From the NCBI GenBank assembly GCA_044869275.1, contig JBIOXB010000213.1, positions 1-64,000 of the forward strand: a stretch of 64,000 nucleotides of DNA. Direction: 5' to 3'. The position numbers and the translations under genes were made by a program. The first letter of the stretch is position 1; each line of letters begins with the position of its first letter. Origin of the DNA: a bacterium (GTDB lineage: Bacteria; Zhuqueibacterota; Zhuqueibacteria; Zhuqueibacterales; Zhuqueibacteraceae). The notes under the pieces were generated by a model that saw only the letters and a list, made by a program, of their open reading frames with translations, was not told the origin of the DNA and did no database searches. Below are positions 8,604 through 18,300 of this stretch, piece after piece.

Positions 8604-10994
8604 TTGAACGCCTCTGCAGAATACACTCAGGACGGAACCCTGATTCTCGCACGCCCGGTGAAATTGCCGGAGGTGCTGGATCTGCTCGTCGTGGGCGGCG
8701 GACCGGCGGGCACGGCCGCGGCTTTTCGCGCGAAAGAGCTGGGCCTGGCCGCGCTGGTCATCGACTTCGACGACGTGATGAAGCGCATCCGGGATTACGC
8801 CAAGGACAAGCTGATCCTGCCGGATTACGGCGGCGGTGACAAAATGCAATTTCCCAACGGTGGCGCGATGGTGTCATTGCTGCATTTCACGCCGGTGGAC
8901 AAAGACGACATGTGCAAGCTATGGAAAGGATTCTATTGCGAGCACAATGTTCCGGCGCAAGTTGGGATGGAGCTGCTGGGCTTGCAGCAACACGAGGGCC
9001 TTTGGCGCGCGCGTGTTTATAATCATCACACCAAGTCCGAACAAAATCTTCGCGCCAAACATATCGTGATTGCCATCGGTCGCGGCGTGCCCCGGCGTTT
9101 CGATATTCCCGGCAAAACCGAAGGCATTGCGTACCGCCTGAGCGACGCCGCGCTGTACCTCGGCGCGCCAGCTTTGGTGATGGGCGGCGGTACTTCCGCT
9201 GCCGAGGCCGTGATCGCCGTGTCCCACGCCAAGGCCAAGGCCAATGATCCCAGCGCGGTGTATTGGTCATATCGCGGCAACAAGCTGCCCAAAGTTTCCA
9301 AGGCGCTCGCCGAAGTTTTTTTCGATGCCTATATGGGCAACGGCAACATCCGCCATTTTCCTTACAGCGAGCCCGTGGCGATCATCACGGACGCGGATCA
9401 GAAAGAATATCTCTCCTTGCGCGTCGATCGGCGGCAGATGAACGGCCGCCCGGCGGAAACCTCGCATCTCGAATTTCCGAAAAAATGCTGCATCGCCTGT
9501 ATCGGCGAAGATTTGCCTGTGGGATTTTTAGGCGCGATGGGCATCGAAATGGCTGCCTCCGGACCGGAGAACAAAAAGCGTTTCTTGGTCAATCCCATTC
9601 TGGAAACGCAGCAGACCAATGTTTATTTGATCGGCGATTTGCTGAGTCCGGCGTATTATGAAACGGAAAATTTCGCGAGCGATCCTGCGCACTATCGCGA
9701 AATCAAACGCCGCGGCAATATCAAAGCCGCGCTGCGCGACGGTGTGCTGGTGGCGGAGGCCGTGGCGCAGAAGCTGGCCGGCAAAAAAATCATTCACGTG
9801 GATTTGGATTTTGCGCCGGCACAGCCGCAGCCCGTGGAAAAGGCGGTGATCGCGCGCGCCACCGCGATGGTGGAAAAAGACGGACCGCCGCGCGAAAGCC
9901 TGCCGCCCGAGCGCGTGAGTGAAGAGTACCAGGCCTATCTCGTGCGCCTGCTCACGGGCAACGTGGAAGAGAATGAATATCTGATTCGATTGGATGGCAT
10001 CACCACCATTGGCCGCAACGGCTGCGATCTCAACTTTGCCGAAGATTCATTGCTGTCGGATCGTCATGCTTCGATCGCGCACGGCCCTGAAGGTTATTTC
10101 CTGCGCGACGACGGCAGCGCCACCGGCGTCTTCATTCGCATCAAAGAAGCGCGGCCGGTGGAAGTGACGCTGGGCAGCATCGTGCGCATCGGCAAGCAGT
10201 TTTTGTTGATCAGTACCGACGGCGGCCGGCTGGTGGTGGATCATCTCGAACAAAGCGGCAAACGCGTGCAGCGCTATCCGCTGACGGAGAACACCGTGGT
10301 GCTGGGCCGCAAAGCACCGGACATTACGCTGGACGGTGAAGACATGACGCTGTCGCGCCGGCATCTGTCCATCACCGTCAAAGGCCGCAGCATTTTTGTG
10401 AAAGATTTGGGCAGCGCCAACGGCAGTTTTCTGAAAGTGAAAAGCGCGATTGCGCTAGAAGCGGATGATCAATTCCGCGTGGGGCAACAAGTCTTCAAAT
10501 TCAATTTGAAAGAAGAAACCGTGCGCCGCTCGGTGGAATACAACACCGAGATCGGCAAGCTGCCCACGGCGGTGCTCGCGCGAGCGAAGGAAAAATCCGC
10601 TAAAGCAACCCCTGCGCCCAAGGCGAATCGCGCCCCGCAGCCCGTGAACGATTTGCCCCCCGCGCTCGCCAAACGCGCGGAAGCGGCCGAGCGGCCGGTC
10701 GAGGGCATGATCGTGACTTTCAAGAATTTCGGCAAAGTGTGCGCGTTCAAGCCCGGCCAAACGATTTGCGACATTGCCGAAAAGAACGGCGTGAAGATCA
10801 AAGCCGATTGCCACATCGGCAGTTGCGGCATGGATCCCATTCGCGTTCTTTCCGGCAAAGAGAATTTGAACCCCATTGGTGATGAGGAAAAAGGCACGCT
10901 GGAGGACATCAATAAACTGAAGCCGGGAGAATACCGGCTGGCGTGTATGGCGAAGCCGAAAGGGGCGGTGGTGGTGGAGGTAGTGGAGCAGTGA
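8604..10994 (+). CDS. Fusion: thioredoxin-reductase-like FAD/NAD(P)H oxidoreductase + two FHA domains + C-terminal plant-type [2Fe-2S] ferredoxin domain
   Basis: GGGPAG and GGGTSA dinucleotide motifs, YLIGD; FHA motifs IGR..LSDRHA..DDGSATG and LGR..LSRRH..DLGSANG; CHIGSCGMD...RLAC; TTG 8604 follows AAGGA. Confidence 0.85.
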   Translation: MNASAEYTQDGTLILARPVKLPEVLDLLVVGGGPAGTAAAFRAKELGLAALVIDFDDVMKRIRDYAKDKLILPDYGGGDKMQFPNGGAMVSLLHFTPVDKDDMCKLWKGFYCEHNVPAQVGMELLGLQQHEGLWRARVYNHHTKSEQNLRAKHIVIAIGRGVPRRFDIPGKTEGIAYRLSDAALYLGAPALVMGGGTSAAEAVIAVSHAKAKANDPSAVYWSYRGNKLPKVSKALAEVFFDAYMGNGNIRHFPYSEPVAIITDADQKEYLSLRVDRRQMNGRPAETSHLEFPKKCCIACIGEDLPVGFLGAMGIEMAASGPENKKRFLVNPILETQQTNVYLIGDLLSPAYYETENFASDPAHYREIKRRGNIKAALRDGVLVAEAVAQKLAGKKIIHVDLDFAPAQPQPVEKAVIARATAMVEKDGPPRESLPPERVSEEYQAYLVRLLTGNVEENEYLIRLDGITTIGRNGCDLNFAEDSLLSDRHASIAHGPEGYFLRDDGSATGVFIRIKEARPVEVTLGSIVRIGKQFLLISTDGGRLVVDHLEQSGKRVQRYPLTENTVVLGRKAPDITLDGEDMTLSRRHLSITVKGRSIFVKDLGSANGSFLKVKSAIALEADDQFRVGQQVFKFNLKEETVRRSVEYNTEIGKLPTAVLARAKEKSAKATPAPKANRAPQPVNDLPPALAKRAEAAERPVEGMIVTFKNFGKVCAFKPGQTICDIAEKNGVKIKADCHIGSCGMDPIRVLSGKENLNPIGDEEKGTLEDINKLKPGEYRLACMAKPKGAVVVEVVEQ

Positions 10995-11306
10995 AATGGG
11001 TGACTTGCACAGTGTTATTCTTCTTGCTCCCACGCTCCGCGTGGGAGTGTCTCCAAGACGCTCAGCGGCGAATACTTTCATCTGCGAACCCAAATGTGAC
11101 GCGGAGCGCCAATCATGCGTCACGACGTGGAACGTCGTGACGAGTAGCTGAAAGCAATGAGTGACTTCGCAGATTTTCGCAGAGGTGCACCCATCTGCAA
11201 AAATCTGCGAAATCTGCGGACTGATGATCTTCAATGATTTTCTTCTTTGGGCCAGGGCGAGCAGTAACTGGAACTTTAGGATGAATCTTTCAGGAGTGAT
11301 GTTATC

Positions 11307-12968
11307 ATGCGCGTGCATCTCAGGATGAACTCCGTGCTGGAGAGGAGCAATCTTTTCATTCAAATCGCCTGCCTCTGCGTGATGTTCGGCGTTTTGATTC
11401 TCATGATGTTTTCCGCTTCGGGCTGCAAATCCAACAACATGCCCACCAGCTCCGTGCCCACCAATACTCCGGTGTTGACCGTGCAAGACGTGCAAACCCT
11501 CATGGCACAGGCCGTGGAACAAGCGGTGCGCCTCAATGAAAAAATCAACGTCGCCGTGCTCGACCGCGAGGGAAATATTCTCGGTGTCTTTCGCATGACC
11601 GGCGTGCAGCCCATCGCCGCGGCAGCGCAATCCTTGTTCGGCGAAATTGCCAAAGCCCGCACCGCGGCCTATGCCAGCAGCAATCAAAATGCGTTCACGA
11701 CTTTGACCGGTTGCTACATCACGCGCAGCCATTTTCCGCCGGTAGCCGTCTCCAACAACACACCGGCCGGCCCGTTGTTCGGTGTGCCGTTTTCGCAGCG
11801 CAGCGACAGCGACATTCAACCCAACGGCGGCCCGTTGCCTCCGCTGGGTCCGGCGCAACCGCCCGCGCCCCCACAGCCGGGATTGACCAACATTCCCGGC
11901 GGCGTGCCGGTTTATAAAAACGGCCGGCTTGCAGGTGGATTGGGTATCAGTGGTGGCTCGGATACGTTTACGCTGCTGGGCCCCATCAACGATGTTTGCG
12001 CCGGCGTCACCAAAGACGAAATCATCGCGCTCGGGGCTTTGGGCGGTTATGCTACGCCCTCGGGCATTCGTAGCGATGTGATCTTGCTCGACGGTATTGC
12101 ACTGCTTTATCAAAACGCGGCCACGCCGCCGGGAAACTTCACCTTTCAATTTTTGGATCTGGCACAATACGGCGCGGTCGATCCGAATTTCCCCATTCGC
12201 CAAACGCCGCCGGCAAATTTTCCCATGCAGGGCCCGGTGGTGTGGAACAACGGCCAGTTTGATTTCAGCCCGCGCGCCGGGCAAGTGTTGACGCAAGCCG
12301 ATGTGCAGCAGATTCTCACCAACGCCGTGAATCGTGCGAATAATACGCGCGCCGCCATCCGGCAGCCGGTGGGCAGCGCCGCGCGCGTGTTCATCGCGGT
12401 CTGCGATCTGAACGGCATGATTCTCGGCATGTGGCGTACGCCGGAAGCCACGATGTTCAGCTATGACGTCTCGGCGCAAAAGGCGCGCACCTCCGTGGCT
12501 TTTAGCGATCCGAATGACGGCATGGGCATGCTGCTGCGCAGTTGGCTGGGTTTGCCGGCGGGCACGCCGCTGGCCGCGACCACGCGCGCCATTGGGTTTT
12601 TGAGCCAGCGCTATTATCCGCCGGGCCAGGATCAAGGCACGCCGTTGAGCACCATGCCGCAGTCCATGGGGCCGATGTATCTGTATGTTGACGGCCAATT
12701 CGATTTTCAATACATGCGCCTGCTGCAAACGCGCCCGCCGTTCCAAAACGGCATTCAGATTTTTCCGGGCGGCATCCCGCTGTATAAAAACGGCCAGCTT
12801 GCCGGCGGCATCGGCGTGAGCGGCGACGGCGTGGATCAGGACGATTATGTCGCGGCAGGCGGCACGCTCGGCTTCGAAGCGCCGGCAAACATTCGTGCCG
12901 ATCAATTTGCTTACAAAAACGCGAATCTGCCTTACCTCAAATTTCCGCGCCGGCCGAATCTGAATTAG
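11307..12968 (+). CDS. Tandem GlcG/HbpS-like (heme-binding) domain lipoprotein
   Basis: Two copies of LT..DVQ....AV..A....AV.D..G.ILG..R..KART...PGG.P.YKNG.LAGG.G.SG; hydrophobic stretch ending in lipobox SASGC; exact start uncertain. Confidence 0.8.
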   Translation: MRVHLRMNSVLERSNLFIQIACLCVMFGVLILMMFSASGCKSNNMPTSSVPTNTPVLTVQDVQTLMAQAVEQAVRLNEKINVAVLDREGNILGVFRMTGVQPIAAAAQSLFGEIAKARTAAYASSNQNAFTTLTGCYITRSHFPPVAVSNNTPAGPLFGVPFSQRSDSDIQPNGGPLPPLGPAQPPAPPQPGLTNIPGGVPVYKNGRLAGGLGISGGSDTFTLLGPINDVCAGVTKDEIIALGALGGYATPSGIRSDVILLDGIALLYQNAATPPGNFTFQFLDLAQYGAVDPNFPIRQTPPANFPMQGPVVWNNGQFDFSPRAGQVLTQADVQQILTNAVNRANNTRAAIRQPVGSAARVFIAVCDLNGMILGMWRTPEATMFSYDVSAQKARTSVAFSDPNDGMGMLLRSWLGLPAGTPLAATTRAIGFLSQRYYPPGQDQGTPLSTMPQSMGPMYLYVDGQFDFQYMRLLQTRPPFQNGIQIFPGGIPLYKNGQLAGGIGVSGDGVDQDDYVAAGGTLGFEAPANIRADQFAYKNANLPYLKFPRRPNLN

Positions 12969-13020
12969 TGCTCGTTCCGCCCAAGCTGGAATCGAATTTT
13001 TGGAGTTTGTCATTCAGTGG

Positions 13021-13137
13021 GAATCAGACTGTGTGAAAACGCTTGGTTTCAACGCCGGCTGAGCTTGTCGAAGCCGGATTTTTTGAGCTTAGCACCCTTC
13101 GACAAGCTCAGGGTGCGGCATTCCCAAGTTTCCACAA
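13021..13137. mobile_element. MITE-like element, copy 1 (right end degenerate)
   Basis: Near-identical to 15064-15189; internal inverted repeat CTGAGCTTGTCGAAG..CTTCGACAAGCTCAG. Confidence 0.7.
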
Positions 13138-13159
13138 AATGATTTGCGTATCAGGAAAT

Positions 13160-14995
13160 ATGCCGAATAAATTTTGGTGTCGCGTGCTGTGGAGTGGTGT
13201 GTGCGCATTGCTGTTGTTTTGTGAATCTGCCTGGAGCCAGGCCGCCCGTGATAGTTCCGCTGTGAACAGGAGAAACGCTGCGATTGAGCGAACGCGCCAG
13301 CAGAAGCGCAGCAAGGCCTCTGCGCCGCGGCGCTCCAAGGCCGTGCGTCCGGCTAGGCGTGATTCCACGGCAACGTCACAGGAAAAAACGAGCGCAGCGG
13401 CAGCACCGGCTGCTGCGCAACGCAACGCCGGCGCGGTGCCGGATTTCGTGCCGCTCACCGACCGTTGGGAAGGCATCACGCCGCCGCCTTACGAGCTGAA
13501 TGTCAAGGGCAAGTGGTACGATCCCTACAATCAGAACAAGCTCAAGGGTGATTATCCGATTCTGGGCCAGAACACTTTTCTGCTTTTGACGGCCAGTTCG
13601 GAAAGTTTTGCCGAGGCCGCGCGTGTGCCCACGCCCAGCGGCATAAGCACGAACAATCCGGTGAGCACGAATTTTTTCGGCAACGGCGATCGCATACTGC
13701 TGTCGCAGTTTTTCCGTTTGAGCTTGGAATTGTATCACGGCCAGGTCGCGTTCCGCCCGCGCGATTGGGAAATCCGATTCACCGGTGCATACAATCGCAA
13801 CTATCTTGATTTGCGCGAGAACAACGCCGTCAACATCAATCCCGCCAGCGGGTCCGACCGCTACGACCGCCAATTCGCGCTGCAGGAATTGTCCCTGGAG
13901 AAGCGTCTGCTCGATCTCAGCGAGCATTTTGATTTCGTGTCGCTGCGCGTGGGCATTCAACGGTTCAGCAGCGATTTTCGCGGTTTTATTTTCAACGACT
14001 TCAACTTGGGCGCGCGATTGTTCGGCAGCTTCGCTTCCAACCGTTACCAATACAATCTCGCCTATTTTGGCATGCTCGAAAAGGATACCAACAGCGAATT
14101 GAATACCGTCTTCGATGATCGCACGCAGGAAGTCTATGTTGCGAATTTGTACAAGCAGGATTTGTTCACGCTGGGCTATACCGGGCAAGTCAGCTTTCAC
14201 TATAACAAAGATCGCGCGAGCACTTACAACGACGACAACAATTTTCCCGTGCGCCCGGCGATCATCGGTACTTCACGGCCGCACGAGATCAACGCCTATT
14301 ACCTCGGCTGGACCGGCGACGGGCATTTCGGCAGATTCAACGTGAATCACGCGCTCTATCAAGTTTTTGGGTATGACACCTTCAACTCGCTGGCGAATCA
14401 ACGCACCACCATCAACGCGCAAATGGCGGCGCTCGAGCTTTCATATGACGTCGATTGGAAACGCTACCGCGTTTCCGCGCTCTACGCTTCGGGCGATCCC
14501 AATCCCCTCAACGGCTCGGCGAACGGTTTTGACGCGATCGTCGAACAGCCCTTCTTTGCCGGTGGGCCGTTCAGCTATTGGAACGTGCAAGCGATTGGCT
14601 TGTTGGGCGTGCGCCTGGTGAATCGACTGAGCCCGTTTCCCGATTTGACCCCGAGCAAGACTGAAGGCCAGGCGAATTTCGTCAATCCCGGCATCATGAT
14701 TTTCAACGCGGCGTTCGATGCGGAAGTCACACCCAAGATCAAATTGATTCTCAACTCGAGCTATTTGCGCTTCGCCAACACGGCGCCTTTGCAACAGTTT
14801 TTGAATCAACCGGCGATTCGCAACGACATCGGCATCGACTATGGCCTGGGCATTATCTATCGTCCGTTTTTGAACAACAACGTCAATTTTACCCTGTCGG
14901 CGACGGGACTGACCCCGCTCGGCGGATTTCAGGATCTCTACGACACCAAGCAGACACAGTACACGATTTTTTCGACGCTGGTGTTGACGTATTGA
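13160..14995 (+). CDS. Probable outer-membrane beta-barrel protein
   Basis: Signal peptide (..CESAWSQA), low-complexity linker, aromatic-rich amphipathic strands, terminal IFSTLVLTY resembling a beta-signal; ATG 13160 after AGGA. Confidence 0.7.
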   Translation: MPNKFWCRVLWSGVCALLLFCESAWSQAARDSSAVNRRNAAIERTRQQKRSKASAPRRSKAVRPARRDSTATSQEKTSAAAAPAAAQRNAGAVPDFVPLTDRWEGITPPPYELNVKGKWYDPYNQNKLKGDYPILGQNTFLLLTASSESFAEAARVPTPSGISTNNPVSTNFFGNGDRILLSQFFRLSLELYHGQVAFRPRDWEIRFTGAYNRNYLDLRENNAVNINPASGSDRYDRQFALQELSLEKRLLDLSEHFDFVSLRVGIQRFSSDFRGFIFNDFNLGARLFGSFASNRYQYNLAYFGMLEKDTNSELNTVFDDRTQEVYVANLYKQDLFTLGYTGQVSFHYNKDRASTYNDDNNFPVRPAIIGTSRPHEINAYYLGWTGDGHFGRFNVNHALYQVFGYDTFNSLANQRTTINAQMAALELSYDVDWKRYRVSALYASGDPNPLNGSANGFDAIVEQPFFAGGPFSYWNVQAIGLLGVRLVNRLSPFPDLTPSKTEGQANFVNPGIMIFNAAFDAEVTPKIKLILNSSYLRFANTAPLQQFLNQPAIRNDIGIDYGLGIIYRPFLNNNVNFTLSATGLTPLGGFQDLYDTKQTQYTIFSTLVLTY

Positions 14996-15063
14996 GGTTG
15001 GATGCTGGTTACTGATTACTGGTGTTCGCAGGTGGAGTTCTACTCTGCAAATGTCATTTGTAA

Positions 15064-15189
15064 GAATCAGACTGTGTGAAAACGCTTGGTTCAACGCCGG
15101 CTGAGCTTGTCGAAGCCGGATTTCTTGAACTTAGCACCCTTCGACAAGCTCAGGGTGCGGCATTCCCATGTTTTCACACAGTCTGAATC
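15064..15189. mobile_element. MITE-like element, copy 2 (intact terminal inverted repeats)
   Basis: GAATC-AGACTGTGTGAAAAC...GTTTTCACACAGTCT-GAATC: 15-bp perfect TIR flanked by GAATC on both sides. Confidence 0.75.
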
Positions 15190-15398
15190 TTGGTAAGCAT
15201 TGAGCACAATACTCAAATGAACCACTATTAGTATGAAGATCGGTTCTTGTTCGAAGGCCTGGAGCGAGAACATTTCAACCGTTAACCCAATCCAATCATA
15301 GAAATGAATGGGCCCCAAAATGGCGATCTGCGCTAGGACGGAGACCATCCTAATGAGATGGCAACCGAGATGAATCTAAATCAGGACGATTTTGGATC

Positions 15399-18300
15399 AT
15401 GAAATTTAACATAAACACTTTTCTGATCTTATTGTTTACCGCGCCACTTTTTGCACAAACCGATATTGCCCGCCAATCCCAAGCCGAGGCCGATCGCAAG
15501 AGCAAAGGCTGCCTCACCTGCCACACCGGCATCGAGAGCATGCACAAGGCAACTTCGGTAAAACTGGGCTGCGTGGATTGCCACCTTGGCAACCCCGAAG
15601 GCTTGACGCGCGAAGAAGCGCACGTCAAGCCGCGCTTTCCCGAGCGCTGGCCCACGGCGGCGAATCCCGAGCGTACCTTTTCTTTGTTGAATGACGAGAG
15701 CCCTGATTTCATTCAGTTCATCAATCCCGGTGATCTACGTGCCGCCGAGCGCGCTTGTGGCGCTTGCCACGCCGCGCAGGTGTTGAGCGTGCGCAAAAGC
15801 ATGATGACGACTTCGACGCTGCTGTGGGGAGGCGCGGCGTACAACAACGGCATTCTTCCGCTCAAAAATTATGTTCTCGGCGAAAGCTACAGCCGCGAGG
15901 GCCAGCCGCAGATGATCAACACCGTACCGCCGCCCACAGCCGAAGAGAAGTTGAAAAAAGGCGTGCTGCCCTTCATCGTGCCTTTGCCGCGCTGGGAAAT
16001 CACCCAGCCGGGAGACAACTTTCGCAGCTTTGAGCGCGGCGGCCGCTTGCCGCGCATCAATCCTTCGGATATCGGCATTCCGAATCCCTTGGAAGAACCG
16101 GGCCGTCCCGACAACAAACTCAGCGATCGCGGCTTGGGCACGCAATTGCTCATCAGCTCGCCGGTGTTGAATCTGCAAAAGACGCGATTGAACGATCCCC
16201 ATCTTTCGTTCCTGGGCACGAATGATCATTCCGGCGACTATCGTTCGAGCGGGTGCAGCTCCTGCCACGTGGTTTATGCCAACGATCGCTCGCCCGTGCA
16301 CTCCGGGCCGTATGCGAAATATGGCAATCGCGGCTTCACCGTCACGGAGGATAAAAACATTTCCACGAAAGAATCCGGCCATCCGTTGCTGCATCAATTT
16401 ACGCGCGCGATTCCCACGAGCCAGTGCATGACCTGCCACATGCATCAGCCCAACGGCTTCATCAATACCTTTCTCGGATTTCAGATGTGGGATTATGAAA
16501 GCGACGGAAAGTGGATGTATCCGCCGCGTGAAGTTGAGCTCACGTCGGCGGAAAAGTTCGCACGCCTCGACGCCAACCCCGAAGAAGCGGTATTGCGCGG
16601 CAATTGGGGCGATCCGGATTTCCTGCGCAGCGTGGCAAAATTGAATCCCAAGCTCAAGAACACGCAGTTTGCGGACTATCACGGCCACGGCTGGATTTTC
16701 CGCGCGGTGTTCAAGAAGGATCGTAAAGGCAATTTGCTCGATAAGGATGATAAAATCATCCCGCCGGAATCGCGGCACAAGTTTCACGGAGTGGTGCCGC
16801 TGGAGGACGGCGAAAATGATATTTGTAACGACAATTGCCGCGACGCGCAAAAAGCCGTGCATTTGAAGGACATTCACGCGGAAAAAGGCATGCACTGCGT
16901 CGATTGCCATTTCGAGCAGGACAACCACGGCAATGGCAAGCTCTACGGCGAGTTTCACAATGCCATTGAAGTGCGCTGCCAGGATTGCCACGGCAACGTG
17001 TTGCAAGCCGCGACGCTGCGCACCTCCAACAACGCCGCGTCCGCGGGCGGTACGAATTTGCTCGAGACCTTTACGCCGTTCGGGGAAAGGCGTTTTGTCA
17101 AGCGCGGCGACCGCATCATGCAACGCTCGATGGTCACCGATACCTTGATGTGGGAAGTGCCGCAAGTGGTTGACATCGTCAATCCCGAATCGAAGCATTA
17201 CAATGCCAAAGCGGCCGCCGCCAAGCTCGTGGCCACCGGCGGCGGCGAATGGGCGCGGCCCATGGCCGCGGCGCTGCTCGCGCACGGGGACAGCAAAATG
17301 GAATGCTACACCTGCCACACCTCGTGGGTGACGAACTGCTTCGGCTGCCATTTGCCGCAGCAGGCCAATTGGAAAAAGGAAATGAATCACTTCGAGGGCG
17401 AGGAGTCGCGCAATTGGACCACGTATAATCCGCAAGTGTTGCGCGACGACGGTTTCATGCTCGGCATCAGCGGCAGCACGAAGGGGAATAAAGTCCTGCC
17501 GGCGCGTTCTTCCAGCGCTATCATGCTCAGCTCGCGCAACGCCAATCGCGAGCAGATTTACAACCAGCAAGCGCCGATCTCCGCCCCGGGTTACAGCAGC
17601 CAGGCGTTCAACACGCACATGCCGCACACGGTGCGCGCCACCGAGACGCGCACGTGCAGCGATTGCCATCTTTCCGAAAAGAATGACAACAACGCGTGGC
17701 TGGCGCAAGTGCTGTTGCAGGGCACCAACTTCGTTAACTTTATCGGTAAGTATGCTTACGTCGGGCTGGGCAAAGACGGCGTGGAAGCCGTACAAGTGGC
17801 CGAAGGCGAGGAGCCGCAAGCGGTGATTGGAAGCTATTTGCACAGGCTCGCTTTTCGTGAAGATTATCAAAAGCACGTCAGGAATCGCAAGCAGCTGGAA
17901 ACGGCCTATCATCACGGCGGCTCGAACATTCAAAGCCTGCAATTACGTGGCGAGTATTTGTACACGGCCAATGGCGAGGATGGTTTGCGCGTGTATGACG
18001 TGGCCAACATCGACAACAAGGGATTTTCCGAGAGAATCGTTTCAGCACCGGTTTCGCCGTTTGGGCAGGATACGCAAGTAGACACCAAATTCGCGACGGC
18101 GGTGGCCTTGCCGACGAACATGCCGGTGGATACAGATCGCGAATACCGGCCCGAAAACCAAGAGCAGGGGCCGCTGCATCCTCTGTATAGTTACGCCTAT
18201 GTCACTGACAAGTTTGAAGGCTTGATTCTCGTGGATGTAATGACACTGGTGGACAATAATCCGCGCAACAACTTTTTGGAACGCAAGCTGGCGTTCAATC

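Noticed and set aside
10455..13013. 852-aa minus-strand ORF
   Set aside because: Antisense shadow of the flavoprotein and HbpS-like genes; no recognisable motifs; such shadows are typical of GC-rich coding DNA
5755..14995. Calling the cluster MtrAB/PioAB or Nrf
   Set aside because: Heme spacing, the large insert, gene order and partners differ; no CxxCK motif or NrfD/Mo subunit seen
15735..17942. 735-aa minus-strand ORF, and similar shadows at 44884-46587, 47892-49052, 58729-59832 and 27734-28822
   Set aside because: All lie opposite well-supported genes and lack domain signatures
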